A stretch of DNA of 64,000 bases from Piromyces finnis finn (lineage: Eukaryota; Fungi; Neocallimastigomycota): NCBI GenBank assembly GCA_002104945.1, contig MCFH01000016.1, forward strand, positions 744,001 to 808,000, written 5' to 3'. The notes under the pieces were generated by a model. That model was given only the letters and a program-made list of their open reading frames with translations. It was not told the DNA's origin and made no database searches. Shown here piece by piece: positions 12,432 through 25,833 of this stretch (positions are counted from its first letter, which is position 1; every line of letters begins with the position of its first letter). Both the position numbers and the translations under genes were made by a program.

Positions 12432-12845
12432 TTAATGATAATTGTAGCGCACTTTTCTATTTGAACTTTTAAAGTCTTCATATTTATCCATGAACATTAT
12501 TCCTAGTGCTACCATTAAAATACTATCAACCTTAGGTGCTATTTCCATAATATATTCAGAATATGAATGTTTTCCTTTTATTCTGTAAATTTTACAAAGC
12601 ATAGAATTATTATTTCTTTCTTTTCCTAAAAATATACCAGCTGAACGGAAACTAGATTCTATATTAAAATCAATAACTAAATTACTTTCTGTTGGTATAT
12701 TATGAAAAGAAACAGAGTATTTTTTTGCCTTAAAAGAATTTTTTGAATGTATGTCAACAAGTAATTTATCTTTTTTATCTCCAGCTGATATATCTCTTGG
12801 TGGTGGAGCTATATTTTTTTTAAGTTGCTTCTTATAATAATCCAT
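12432..12845 (-). CDS. LURP-like copy 5 with an in-frame internal deletion (half barrel)
   Basis: 137 aa. The N-terminal PPPRDI joins directly to SAGDKKDKLL...KKYSV. C-terminal motifs GIFLGKE and YIMEIAPKVDSILMVALGI are intact. About 74 codons present in copy 6 are missing. Confidence 0.7.
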   Translation of the reverse strand: MDYYKKQLKKNIAPPPRDISAGDKKDKLLVDIHSKNSFKAKKYSVSFHNIPTESNLVIDFNIESSFRSAGIFLGKERNNNSMLCKIYRIKGKHSYSEYIMEIAPKVDSILMVALGIMFMDKYEDFKSSNRKVRYNYH

Positions 12846-14353
12846 ATTTATGTTTCTATTGTTATTATTATTGTTGTTGTTGTTGTTGTTGTTGTTATTT
12901 AATTATGTAATAAAAATTAAAACTAGTATAATTTATTTAAATTATAATAATTATATACTTTTTTTATCATTTATTTTTTTTTTTTTACTTTTTTTTTTTA
13001 TATAAATAAAAATTTATATATAACTTGAATTTGTTACACAATTTTTTCTTTCCTATCATTTTTTCCATGCTTAAACCAAAGGACAACTTTTAAATTAAAG
13101 GTTAAATATAAATTTTTTAACATTACCACATTTTTTAAATTTTAACTCCTATTATTTTCCTTGTATTAAAAAAAAGTTAGTAAAATATTAAATAAAAGAA
13201 AGTGATTAAAATAGTTTTCATGTTAAATAATGAATAATAATAAAAAAAAATATTAAAGATATACTGCCATTTACTAATACTAATATTTTAGTTAATAAAA
13301 ATATTTTTTATATCCCTTAAACATAATATATAATGTAATTAAAAAAAATTTTTTTTTAAAAAAAAATATAACTATTATTTCCTTAAAACGTGATAGGCAT
13401 GTGAATACATATGTTTTATGAATAAAAAACATAAGATCACATAAATTTTTTTAAAAAAATGATACATTTTTTGTAAATTTGTAAATTACTTTATTCATTT
13501 TAGAAATAAATATTCACCTTTAGAAATTGCGGTAGAAACTTTAACTGTTATATTTTAATAATTAAAAAATTAAAATTAAATAAGCTTTTTTAGATTTATA
13601 TTAAACAAAATTATTTTAATTTATAAACAAAAAAAAAAGAATATTTTATATCTAATAGTCACATTTTGTTATATTTAAGAGAGGAAAAAACTTTAGATTG
13701 TTCATAGATTATATAATTAAAGTAAAAATTGATCTTATTAAAAAACAAAAAAATAAAATAACCGTAGAAACAATAGAGATTAAATATTATTGAAAAAAAA
13801 TATTAATAAAATAAAATAGTTTCTAATTATTATTTTTATTTTTAAAATAATAACTACGAATTATTTTTTAATTACATTTAGTTACATTACATTTATGTAA
13901 TTTATTATTATTTTTTTTTTAATTATTGTTACATTATTTTCATTTTTTTTCTTTTACTTAATTTATTCTTTTTTTTTTTCTTTCTTTTCTTTTTTTTTTT
14001 ATTCAAAATATAAATTTGTTTTAAAACAAAAATATATAAAATAATAAAAAAAAAAAAGATATTGATAAATATTTTTATACTTTTTTTAATAATAATATTA
14101 ATCTATTTAATATAATATTATAATATTATCATTAAAAATTAATATATATATATATAATTGTTTATTTACATTTTTAATTAATACTTTTTTTTTTTTTCTT
14201 ATTAATGTTTTTAAATTTTAGCTATAAAAGTATCAATAATATTTAAAAAAAATATTCTTATGCTAAAGATTTATTTATGTTATAAATATATGCCATAAAA
14301 ATACATTACAGTATGTATAATAAAAAAATATTGGTATATATACTATTTAAATA

Positions 14354-14998
14354 TTAACTGGTGGATATAAAATTCATTGTTGAATCACCTATATACCCTT
14401 TCCTTGTGGTTAAATGTGTCATTTCTACAAAAAATAAAATAATACCAATAATAAATACAATATCAACACCAGAAACAATATCTACTTCGTATAAATCGTT
14501 ATTTATGATACTTCTTACAACTCTTCCAATGACTCTCTTATCACCATTTTCATGATCAAATGATATAGTACATATACGCATATCTTTATCACAAGTCATT
14601 GTAAAATATTCCATTTTTCCAACTCCTAAGCGATTAAACTTTACTTGATATTTTTTTCCCCTGAATGCATCTTTTTTTCTAATCTCTCCAAGTAAAATAC
14701 TTTCTGAATCACCTGCATAAATTCTTCTTTTTACTTTATTTGAAATACATCCACATATATTAATTATGGGTTCGTCATAAACTGTCAATAGTTCTCTTCC
14801 AAAAAATTTATCCTTAGTTTTGAAGTATATATCGCCTTTCTGGTTTCCTACTATAAAAGAATATGTCATATCTTCATTTTCAACCTTTTCAATACGTACA
14901 TTAAGATTATTTCTTAAAATATATTTGACATCTACAATCGCTATATCAATGTTTGGTTTTTCCAGTTCTTTCACGCATAGTTCTTTATATAATCCCAT
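14354..14998 (-). CDS. Divergent LURP-like protein (copy 6)
   Basis: 214 aa. KGDIYFK, RRIYAGD, KKYQVKF and YEVDIVSGVDIVFIIGIILFF align with the other copies. Confidence 0.7.
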   Translation of the reverse strand: MGLYKELCVKELEKPNIDIAIVDVKYILRNNLNVRIEKVENEDMTYSFIVGNQKGDIYFKTKDKFFGRELLTVYDEPIINICGCISNKVKRRIYAGDSESILLGEIRKKDAFRGKKYQVKFNRLGVGKMEYFTMTCDKDMRICTISFDHENGDKRVIGRVVRSIINNDLYEVDIVSGVDIVFIIGIILFFVEMTHLTTRKGYIGDSTMNFISTS

Positions 14999-17561
14999 AT
15001 TTTTTATTATTATAGATGAATAATCATAAAATAGTAATAATTATAGAATTTAATATCTATTAATAAATTATTATTGCACTTGTTTTTATTACTAAATGAA
15101 TTTATTCTATCTACTGACTATCTATATGCAATAATAATTACTTTATTTAATTTAGAAATAGTATATTATATAATTTAATTTACAGTAATGTTTTATTATT
15201 TATTATACAAATTTTTAAATTGAATTCTATTATATATCTTTGGAAATATTACAAAAAGAAAAAAAAAAAAAAAAAGAAGGAAAAAAAAGAAATAAAAATA
15301 TTAAAAAAAATGTTTGTTCAATAAAAAATATTTTTTATTCTATAAAAAGAACGTTAATAGCTTTTAAACTTTTTTTTTTTTTTTTCTTTTCAATCTATAT
15401 CATTATAGATATATTAATCTTAATTTTATTATTTTGTTGTTATTTTTATTATTATTATTACTACTTTTTATTATTACTTTTATTATTAATAATTATTATT
15501 ACTTTTGTTTTTTTTTTATATTATTATTGTTATTTTGTCTTTTGAAAAAAAAAAAAAAAGTATAAAAGTCACAGTGAAATTTCAAAATATATATAGAAAT
15601 TTGCTTAATGTTACACAAATTACTTCAATAAAATGGAAGGAAAATGTTTTTAGTTTTACCATAATTTCAAAATTTTAATGGTTCAAATTAATTTATTCCT
15701 AAATTAAATATAAAGTTTAGGTTTATTATTATAAATTAATTTTTAAAAAAAATGATAATTTGTTCATAAAGAATAATATTTTAAATAATAAATTTGTTTT
15801 ATAAAAATGTCTAAAAATAATAAATAAAGTTTTCAACCCACATCCATTTAAGGTAAACAAAATAAGAGAAAATGAAAACAAAATTCATTGATTATAAAGT
15901 GTAGTAATTATGGCTAAAAATAATATATCTGTTTATTTATTTATTAATTATATAAAAAAAAGAATTCAATTTATGGCTAAAACATATTTTGTATATACAT
16001 TGTTAATGGAAATTTATCTTTATATAGTATAATTAATTCTCATTTCAGCTTTAAAACACACAAAAAAAATAATTATTTCTATATATTTAAATTTAGTAAA
16101 AGACATTAAAAAATAAAATATATATATATATTGCTTATTTATTATTTATTATAAATTGTTAAAAAAATATAAATAGTGCATCTACAAGAAGGAAAATAAA
16201 ATATAAAATTAACAAAACTATTATTTAAAAATATATATCATTTATATTTTTTCTATATTTTGCTGTAAAGTTTTACTCTTTACACTTAAAATGTAACAAT
16301 TATATAATTAAATAATTAATATTCTTATTTAATATTAATTAATTTTAAATGAATTTTATAAACAAAAAAACAAAAACTTTATCAATATAAATTCAAAACA
16401 TATATTAAAAAAAGGAATATAAAATAATATATTATAATATATTTTACATTATATTTTATTTCCCTTCACCTAAAAATTACCAAAAAAAAAAAAAGTAAAA
16501 AAAAAATAATCCGATGAAATAAAGTAGCTATCACTTTATAAATATAAAAAATCAACACAAATAATTATTTATTTTTTTTTATGTGTATACTAACTTTAAC
16601 TTTTAAATATAAATATTCATTCTTAACTTCTCCATTTATATCGTTAAAAAAAATAAAGTATACTATAGCATCATATATTAAAAAAAGAAAAATAAATAAT
16701 AAAACAAAAAAAATAAAGATATATTTAAAAATATTTATTTAATTAATAGATATTTGAATTTAAATAGATATTTGAAGAAATATATAATTTAAATTTATTT
16801 CATTTCATAAAAGTAATGAGAATCATCAGAAAAAAAGGCATTTTCTTTAATAAAATATGTTATTCAATATTAAATATGTTGTTCAATATATATGTGTATA
16901 TTTTTGAATTTATATTTATTGTTTTTCTATATTTCAATAAAGAATATTTTGAATTATAATTACAACTTTTTTTAATTTATTTATATATATATGAATCATC
17001 TATACTTTCTTATATCTATTATAAATTCTTCCCAATGCATGGTTTTAATCTTTATAAACTGAACTCTTAAAAATTCCTCTTTTTATCCCAATAAAAATAA
17101 AACAAATTTATAAAACATTTCTTATATATTCAATACTAAATACATGTATAAAAATATAAAAATACACTAAAACAAATGAAAATGTTTATTAAGTTTTACT
17201 TTAAAATGCAATTTTTTTTATTATTTGATTTTTGATTTTTTTTTTTTAACTATAATTATTTTCATATTTTTAAAAGATAAAATCACACCCTATTTTTGTA
17301 TGCTCTTTTACCTTTTATTAATATTTTTTCTTTTTAAGAAAAAATTATTCATTATTCAAAAAAGAAAAAAAAATTTTTATACAAATAATTTTGTTTATAA
17401 ATATATACTATAATTTTTAGTATATAATTTATTTAAAAATAAAATTTTGATTAATAACGCAATTTTAAATTAGTAAATACTTTAATCATTAATTTTTCAA
17501 TATTGGTAGATAACGCGATAATAATTATTAAAGATTTTTTTGCTGTCGTTGTTAATATTAT

Positions 17562-18185
17562 TTATTCTTCTTCATGTTTTAATTCATCATAAATAATAGT
17601 AAGAGCTACCATTAAAGCAGCATCAACATTTGGAGCAATTGTAATCTTATAATGATCACGGTCACTTATTAAGGATGCTAATTTTTTAGATTTAATAATT
17701 CTACAAATCATTGGAGCACCTTCCTTTTCCTTTCCACAGAAAATACCACAAGAATTACCAATGAAATCACATTTGATATCTAGTACTTCTTCTTGTCCAG
17801 TAGCAAGATTACGGAAACTTAATTGGTACTTATTCTTCTTGAGCATACTTACTCTATGAACACTACCAAGAATTTCATCAGTACTTTTTCCAGAGTATAT
17901 TTTTTGACCATGTCCAAAGAAAGCATTTTCTTGAATATTGAAAATTGGCTTGTCATATAAATCGTATATGACTTTCTTGTCTCTAATGCTAAAGGTTTTA
18001 CCTTTACATTTGAAGTAAGATACACCATTCTGATCTTTGATTGCGAAATCATCACCAGAAAAAGAACGTTTTTCATCTAAACAAAGAGTAATTTCTTGAT
18101 TAAAAGCAAAACGTTGTTCTGTACAAATAATTGGTCTTTGAGCAGAAGAAACTTCTCTTTGAGCATAACTTTTCATTAAAAACAT
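17562..18185 (-). CDS. LURP-one-related/Tubby-C-like protein (copy 7, canonical)
   Basis: 207 aa. SFSGDDFAIKDQNGVSYFKCKGKTFSIRDKKVIYD and YKITIAPNVDAALMVALTIIYDE. Confidence 0.9.
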   Translation of the reverse strand: MFLMKSYAQREVSSAQRPIICTEQRFAFNQEITLCLDEKRSFSGDDFAIKDQNGVSYFKCKGKTFSIRDKKVIYDLYDKPIFNIQENAFFGHGQKIYSGKSTDEILGSVHRVSMLKKNKYQLSFRNLATGQEEVLDIKCDFIGNSCGIFCGKEKEGAPMICRIIKSKKLASLISDRDHYKITIAPNVDAALMVALTIIYDELKHEEE

Positions 18186-19726
18186 GTTGATTTAGTATTT
18201 ATTTAAATAAAAATAATGGTTATTTATTTACTTATTTAGCTTTGTTTTTGTTCTTTTATATTATATAAAAAATTTTATAATAAGTTTTTTTATTATTTTT
18301 TTTTAAAGAAAAAATATTAACTGAGAAATATTTATAATTTATATACTTGAAAAATACATAATATAAAATTATAAAATGAATTATAATATTATAATATATT
18401 AAATTATTATTGTTATATTTATTAACATATTAATTAATAAAAAAAATGTCATAAATTTTTTAATAATTTGAGTTGTCTATCTTTTTAAATAGAATCAATT
18501 TTATATTAAATAAGATTAAGCATTATATTAAAAAAAGAATAATCTTAATTTGTTAATAATAATATGTTAATATTAATAGTATAATAATAATATAATAATA
18601 ATTTATTTTATTTCAAAACATTTTAATTTCATCTTATTATTGAAAAAAAGCCATCAATATCAATAGATTTATCTACTAATTAACTTTTGTTACTACTTTA
18701 TTACAGCAATAACCATTTAAAAAATTGCTTATATAAAGTATGAGATCACATGAATGTAACATGATATAAAATGTGATATAAGTTTCTTTTATGTTGTAGT
18801 AATTTAATATTAGTTTATTTATAATTTATTATATTAGGTGAAAAATATTTTATTACTATTAACTTCTCTCTTATTAATAATTTCACTTATAATATTTTCT
18901 TATTAATTATTAAAGCTCTTCTCTTTCTAATTATTAATTATTTTTACATGAATATTTTTATATTATAAAATTCCTATAATATAATTGAATATCAATTATA
19001 TAATGTAATGTATTCATAATATATGAATAATAATTAAATAGGATATAATATAATATATTTTACATTTTATATGAAATATTACTATATAAGGAAAGATAAT
19101 GTAATACAAATAAGTATTACAATAAAATTAATATATAATATTAATATTTAAGAATATAATGAAATATGTACATGAATTCTATAACTAATATATAAATAAT
19201 GTATTATAATATATATCAATTATTATATTATTATTATGAAATATTATATATAAATTTTTAAAGATGAAATTGAATATTTTAAATAATAAAAATTATTTTA
19301 AATATGGCTAATATGTAGCTAGACATATAAATTTCATATCAAATGAATTTTATAAATAAGTTTATGTATGATAGATACATTTGAAATATACATTTTAATT
19401 TCTAAATGTTTGATTTTTTTTTTACAATAATAATAGTTAATATGTTTTTAAATTCTTTCTTTATTTTACATTTCATAATTTATTTCTATTTGCAAAATAT
19501 AAGAAATAAATTGTTTTTCATACTGAATTATATAGTGAATTTTGGTATTTTGAATTTGTGTTATTTTTTTTTTTTGTGAATGAGTATTTCATGCCATGTG
19601 TTATTATTATTGATAACAAAAATTAAAATTTTAAATAATTTTATAGGTCAAACATTTCTAACTAGAAAATAAAATTCAATTAATCTATAAATTATCTTTT
19701 TAATTTTTAGAAAAAATTTATGTTGT

Positions 19727-20353
19727 CTAGTCATCAATATCTTCCAAATAATTCTGATACTTTAACTCATTCAAACAAAGTGCTAAGGCTGACATGAATA
19801 AACCATCATTACCAGATGAAATTTCAATATTAAATCTACTTTTACTATTAAAAAAGGATTTCGCTTTTCTTTCACTTATTTTACAAATCAAAGAAGCACC
19901 TTCTTCTTCTACACCATTAAATATACCACATGAACGATATGATGTAGCACAATTCATAGAAAGGGTTTCATTCTTTTCTGAGGTTTGATTATAATAAATA
20001 ATAATATATTTTTCGGCATCTGTAAAACTATTAACTTTGGTAATACTAGCTATAACTTTTCTACTATTTAATATAGAAAAAATTTCTATAGAAGAGGAAG
20101 AGGATCCATTTTTAATAATAAGTAAAGGATTATTGTTGATATCAACGATTATTTTTTCCTTTTTAAAACTGAATGTTTTTTCAATAATTTTGTAGTATAT
20201 ATCACCTGTTTGATTTGTAATATTATTTTTTTCTAAAGTATAAATTGATGGTTTAAGTAAAATATGTTTTTCTCCGACAAGTGATACTTCAGTTCCAGAA
20301 GTAGTAACGATCTTATTCATTAATTGTTCATGATAATTAACCATTTTCTTCAT
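19727..20353 (-). CDS. Divergent LURP-like protein (copy 8)
   Basis: 208 aa. KTFSFKKEKIIVDINNNPLLII, GIFNGVEEEGASLICKI and FNIEISSGNDGLFMSALALCLNE. Confidence 0.75.
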   Translation of the reverse strand: MKKMVNYHEQLMNKIVTTSGTEVSLVGEKHILLKPSIYTLEKNNITNQTGDIYYKIIEKTFSFKKEKIIVDINNNPLLIIKNGSSSSSIEIFSILNSRKVIASITKVNSFTDAEKYIIIYYNQTSEKNETLSMNCATSYRSCGIFNGVEEEGASLICKISERKAKSFFNSKSRFNIEISSGNDGLFMSALALCLNELKYQNYLEDIDD

Positions 20354-20526
20354 TTCTTCTTTTTCAATGTTTATATTTTTATTTTCTTTATTTTTTAATA
20401 TGTATATTATATATCTTTTTTATTAATGATAATAAATAGCATTTTCTTTTTTTCTTTTTTTTTTTTTTATAAATATATATATTAAACTTTGAGTCTAAAA
20501 GTTTAATTATTAAATAACAAAACAAC

Positions 20527-20628
<102 letters not shown>

Positions 20629-21030
20629 AAAAAAAAAAACATTTTAGAGGAAGTTCTATAAAAAATTTTATACTAAAAATATGATCATCTCTTTTTTATT
20701 TAATAATATGGCAATATAAATATTATATATATATATATATTAAAAAATGATATTAATAAAAAATATCATAAAACAGAAACAAACGAAAAAAAAATTCTAA
20801 AAACGGCTTTTCACTTAGATTTTCATTATTCATTTATTCAAAAAGTGACTTTAATTGAAATTATTCTATATTATATAGTGTTTCAAACATGAATTTGGAC
20901 AAAAGTTACTTAACTTCTCCACAACACATCAGTTCATAAAAAAATAAACATTTAATATAAATTTTAAAAATGGAATATTCTAAAAGTATATTAAATACTA
21001 TAATATAAAACAATTATCAACTTATATTAC

Positions 21031-21148
<118 letters not shown>

Positions 21149-22140
21149 ATCATTACTCTATCTATATGAAATATTTAATCAATTTTCATAAAATACAATT
21201 AACAATTAAATTCTTTATAAATAGGAACTTACTAAAATAGTATATTGAATTGTTCAATATACAAGTTCTTTTCATCCTATTTTCAAACATTTATATTTAT
21301 TAACAATAATTTGAGTAAATTGTATAGCATGTCCCATAAATGCTCTCAAATTAAAATGTTTAATAACAAAAGATAAAGCAAATCAAAATCAATATTTGTA
21401 ATGTTATGGCAGTTTCAATATGTATAGATAAAATTTTCTTAATATATTTTCTATTAAAAAATATCAAATTTAATAATTAATTGTTTTAAATATTAATTTT
21501 ATTATAAATTTACAAAATAAAGAATTTTATTATAATCATTTTACTTTTTATATGCAATTCTAGTATATCATTATTTTTGACTTCTAGATATCTATAAACA
21601 ATATTAATAACTATCATATTAAAATCTAATGATTTTGATATATTTCATTCTAATAAGTAGTAGTACTTAAGAATGACCTTCAAAACAAAAACTAGATAAA
21701 AAAATGATTATTATAGATATCTTTTAAAATAATAAATTTTATAAGCTCTGTAATACTGTTTATTAAAATTGAATATAAGATTAGACATCTATGTCAGTTC
21801 TGAAAAGAAAGATAATTTAAACATATAAATTAAAGTATTATTCAAATAGGATTTCTAAAAATAGTTTTGTTTTCAATATATACATATATAAAAAAAAAAA
21901 ACTTCACTATTAATAGGCTCAAAAAAATTTTTTTCATTTTTTAAATCTATAGTCAACTCAACTCAACTTTTAAAAAAAGATAGTTATTTATACTATTGAT
22001 AAATATATATAATGTTGTTATTGTTATTTTTTAAATATTAATGTTATTATTAATATTAATATTTTGTCTGAAAATAAAATATGCTTAAATCAACTCTATA
22101 ACCATTATAGATATTAATTTTAAAAATATAATAATTCATT

Positions 22141-22788
22141 TCATGATAACTTTAAAGTATCGCCTGCTAAAAAACTTTTTTTAAAGTCTTCTACAGGATG
22201 AAAATATTTTTTTCCAAATTCATCAATTAAGCCATGAAACTCTTGTGAATCCTGATAAGTGAAAGGTTCTGGTAAATAATTTAATTGTTTGTATAAGCTT
22301 TTATAATCTGTAAGATTTTTAACTCCTAATTGCGTAAAAAGTGTACGAGCATACTTATCTGATACAAAGTGAGGAATATCAAAAATATAAGTTAATAAAA
22401 CATCAGCAGTTTCAGGACCAACACCATGAAGAGATAAAAGAGTTTTTCTAAGTTTTGGTCCATACTTTTTCACTATTGCCAGAGAATCTTCTTTATGTTC
22501 TAAATACCATTTGGATAGAGTTTTAATAGCCTTTGCTTTATTTTTCATAAATCCAGCGGGTCTAACCAACTCTTCTAACGTTTCCTGTTTTAGTTTTACA
22601 ATTTTTTTAAAATTATAATGAGTTTTTTCATAAAGAAGTTGTGAAGCTTTTACTGCATTCTTTTCTGTTGTATTTTGAATTAAAATAGCTTCAATAATAA
22701 TTTGTTGCTTGGTATCTGCAGGCCACCAATGAGTAGGACCCATGTTTGTTAGCATTTTTTGATAAAGCTCGTATAAACTTAATTCCAT
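22141..22788 (-). CDS. HhH-GPD superfamily DNA glycosylase, endonuclease III-related, no Fe-S cluster, bacterial type
   Basis: 215 aa, intronless. WWPADT, AILIQNT, RPAGFMKNKAK, helix-hairpin-helix LLSLHGVGPETAD and downstream Asp (FVSD). No C-terminal Cys cluster. Confidence 0.85.
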   Translation of the reverse strand: MELSLYELYQKMLTNMGPTHWWPADTKQQIIIEAILIQNTTEKNAVKASQLLYEKTHYNFKKIVKLKQETLEELVRPAGFMKNKAKAIKTLSKWYLEHKEDSLAIVKKYGPKLRKTLLSLHGVGPETADVLLTYIFDIPHFVSDKYARTLFTQLGVKNLTDYKSLYKQLNYLPEPFTYQDSQEFHGLIDEFGKKYFHPVEDFKKSFLAGDTLKLS

Positions 22789-23833
22789 TTTTTAAAATTT
22801 TAAAATTTTGATTGAATTTAATAATAAATGACAAAAAATATTTTATTACACAAAACAAAATTTGTTAATTTTTTTAATATTATTATTCTATCCTTTATTC
22901 TTATTTAAAGCATTTTTAGATTTAAATTATTATATATTAAATATTATTATATAATATTTTATATGATTTATGATAAATTGCTTAAAAGAAAAAGTTTACT
23001 AAACAATTAATTATTACTCGTTTTTATTATTATTGTTGTCGTTGTTATCATTATCATTATTGTTTAAAAAAGAGAAAAAAATTAAAATAATTTTTCAACT
23101 ATAAATTTCTTTATTTTAAAATTTCTTTTATATTTTTTTCTAAAAAAAAAAAAAGAAAGAAATAAAGAAAGAAAGAAAGAAAATATATATAACAAATTAA
23201 AAAATTAAAAATCATAAAAACTATCTTAATCTTTTTAAGTATATTAATTTTTTAAAAAAAAAAAAAAAAAAAAATCAAATAATAATAAAGTTTAATTAAT
23301 AATGATGGTTTTATTATATATATCTAGTATTTTTTAATGTCTCTTTCCTTATGAGCAAGAATTCACTTGTCTATAATATTTATATTTTCTTTTTTCTTTT
23401 AAAAGTTAAAAAAAAATTAAAAATAATATATTGGTATCATAATAATGACAATAAATTGATTTTATAATTACACAACATATAATAACAATAATTTATTTTT
23501 TTTTTCTTTTACATTATTTTTGTTTTTATTGCTATTTCGTTCTATTGGTGTTATTGTTTTATTAGCGTAATAGATTATTATTGATATTTACATTTGTTTA
23601 TTACATTTATACAGTTATAATTAATTAATCTCTTGATTATAAATTAAAAATTATTAAATTGTATTTCGTATTTTATAATTCACTAAAAAAAAAAAAAAAA
23701 AATAAATATTACAATAAATTAAATCGAGAATTATAAAGATAAATATATTTTTATCCTTTTTTTTTTTAATAACTTAATTAAAATAATTTAAATATATAAT
23801 ACATTAAAATTTATATTTTTAATATTTTTATCC

Positions 23834-24481
23834 CTATAAAGCATTCTTATGATCACTATCATCGTTCTTTAATTCATCGAAGCAAATGGCAAGAGCTACC
23901 ATAAATGCTATATCAACATTTGGCGCTATTTCAATATAATAATTTTCCTTATTAGTCAAAATACGTTTAGCATCCACTTTTTTAATAATTTTGCAAATCA
24001 TTGGTGCACCTTCTTTTTCTTTACCACAAAATATTCCACAAGAATGATTATAAAAATCAAATTTCATATTGAGTATTTCTTCCTTTTCAGTGGAAATATT
24101 ATAATAGGTGATAACATATTTTCTAGATTTAATTGAAGTTTGTGGAATAATATTTGCAATAACTTTTTTTGTAGTATTACCTTCATATATTTTCATTTTG
24201 CCCTTGAAAAATAAAACAGCATTGGAAATACAAAACAATGGATTACCTTCCATATCAGAAATAAATTTTTTATCTCTTATACTAAAGGTTTTTCCTTCAC
24301 ATTTAAAATATGATTTTCCTGAAGTATCCTTAATTGCAAAATCATCACCAGAAATAGAAAACAAACCTTCTTTTAAAAGTAGTTTTGTTGTTTTATCGAA
24401 TACATATTTTGGGTCGATGGCAACTACATCGTATTCAGGAGAATTTACTTCTTTATTATCATAAAATTTTAATAATTTCAT
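23834..24481 (-). CDS. LURP-one-related/Tubby-C-like protein (copy 9, canonical)
   Basis: 215 aa. SISGDDFAIKDTSGKSYFKCEGKTFSIRDKK and YYIEIAPNVDIAFMVALAICFDE. Confidence 0.9.
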   Translation of the reverse strand: MKLLKFYDNKEVNSPEYDVVAIDPKYVFDKTTKLLLKEGLFSISGDDFAIKDTSGKSYFKCEGKTFSIRDKKFISDMEGNPLFCISNAVLFFKGKMKIYEGNTTKKVIANIIPQTSIKSRKYVITYYNISTEKEEILNMKFDFYNHSCGIFCGKEKEGAPMICKIIKKVDAKRILTNKENYYIEIAPNVDIAFMVALAICFDELKNDDSDHKNAL

Positions 24482-25013
24482 TCTTTTCTTAAAATGTAAA
24501 GAAAATTATTTATATTTAATATATATTAATTAAATTTTTGTATTTTTTTTTTTTAATGTTTTTGCCTTTTATATTTATATGAATAATTATTAAATTCTTT
24601 AGTAATTCTATTGTTTTAAATTTTAACCAATATATTTGGTACTATTACTAATATAAATAATTTCATTTCTAATATTATTAATTATTATAATAAATTTTTA
24701 AGAGTTACATATATGCATGTATAAAAAGCATAAACTCTAATACATTTCAATAAAAAAAGTTTATATAATATAATAAAAAGTTACATATTTAATTAATACT
24801 TAGGTTTTTCTTTTGATCATAAATAATAAAAAACAAATTTTATAAATTATATTTTTTTGTATAGTAATTAACTTTTTGATGAGGCAGGCATTATATAGTA
24901 TATAGCATATGACAAGTATGTTAATTTAATAATAAAAACAATTATAACTATCTTTTAGTTTACATAGAAATTTCTATTATGAACATGACAAAATGTTGAA
25001 AGAATCATTAATA

Positions 25014-25048
<35 letters not shown>

Positions 25049-25833
25049 TTTAAAATATCATAATTTATATCAATATTATTTATTATATCAATATTATTTA
25101 TTATAAAGAAATATCATTTCAAAACTAAAAATCTATTAATTATATATATTATTTTTCCTATACACTTTATCATTAATTACAATATTTATTTAATGTATAG
25201 GGTTAGATGCCAAATAATAATATTCCTTTATTAAAAATAGATGAGTCTATTGTATAATTATCGATATTTTATAACTATAAATAATATTTCTATTGAGTAA
25301 TATTATAAAACAAAGTAAAACCAAAAAAAATAATCATGATATTTATCAAGGAAGCAGTAAATGAATAGTTTTTTTATATTTAGGATTTATTAATTCATTT
25401 TATTTTTTATATTGTACAAAAAATTTTAAAAATAGATTGTGTAACATTGTCAAAACAATTATCTAGATCATCAATTAATTTTAATATCAAAAGGAAAATT
25501 AAAAAAAAAAAAGTTGTATAAACACCAAAACTTTTCCAATAATTAGTTTCTTTGAAAAAAAAAATATATTTTATTTCTATATAAACAAATATATTATTAA
25601 TAAAACAATAATAAAAAATTTATAGTTAAAAAATACTAAAAGCAACATTTATTAAACCTATATTTAAATAAAGGTACTAAACACAAAGATTCTTGTATCC
25701 GTCTTTTTTTTTAGTTTTAAAATAAAACAACATTATTTATACTAAATAAAACTGCAAAAAATATCTAAAATATTAATTTACAAAGAAAAACAAAAGAAGA
25801 AAGTTTTATAAAATCAAAAATAAATAAAAAAAA

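Noticed and set aside
15240-17413. Low-complexity F/I/L/Y/K ORFs (also 28621, 34819, 35455, 35695, 49023, 51059, 53228, 55668)
   Set aside because: Composition expected from AT-rich non-coding DNA, most with non-ATG starts; 55668..55856 is partly antisense to the CE12 first exon.
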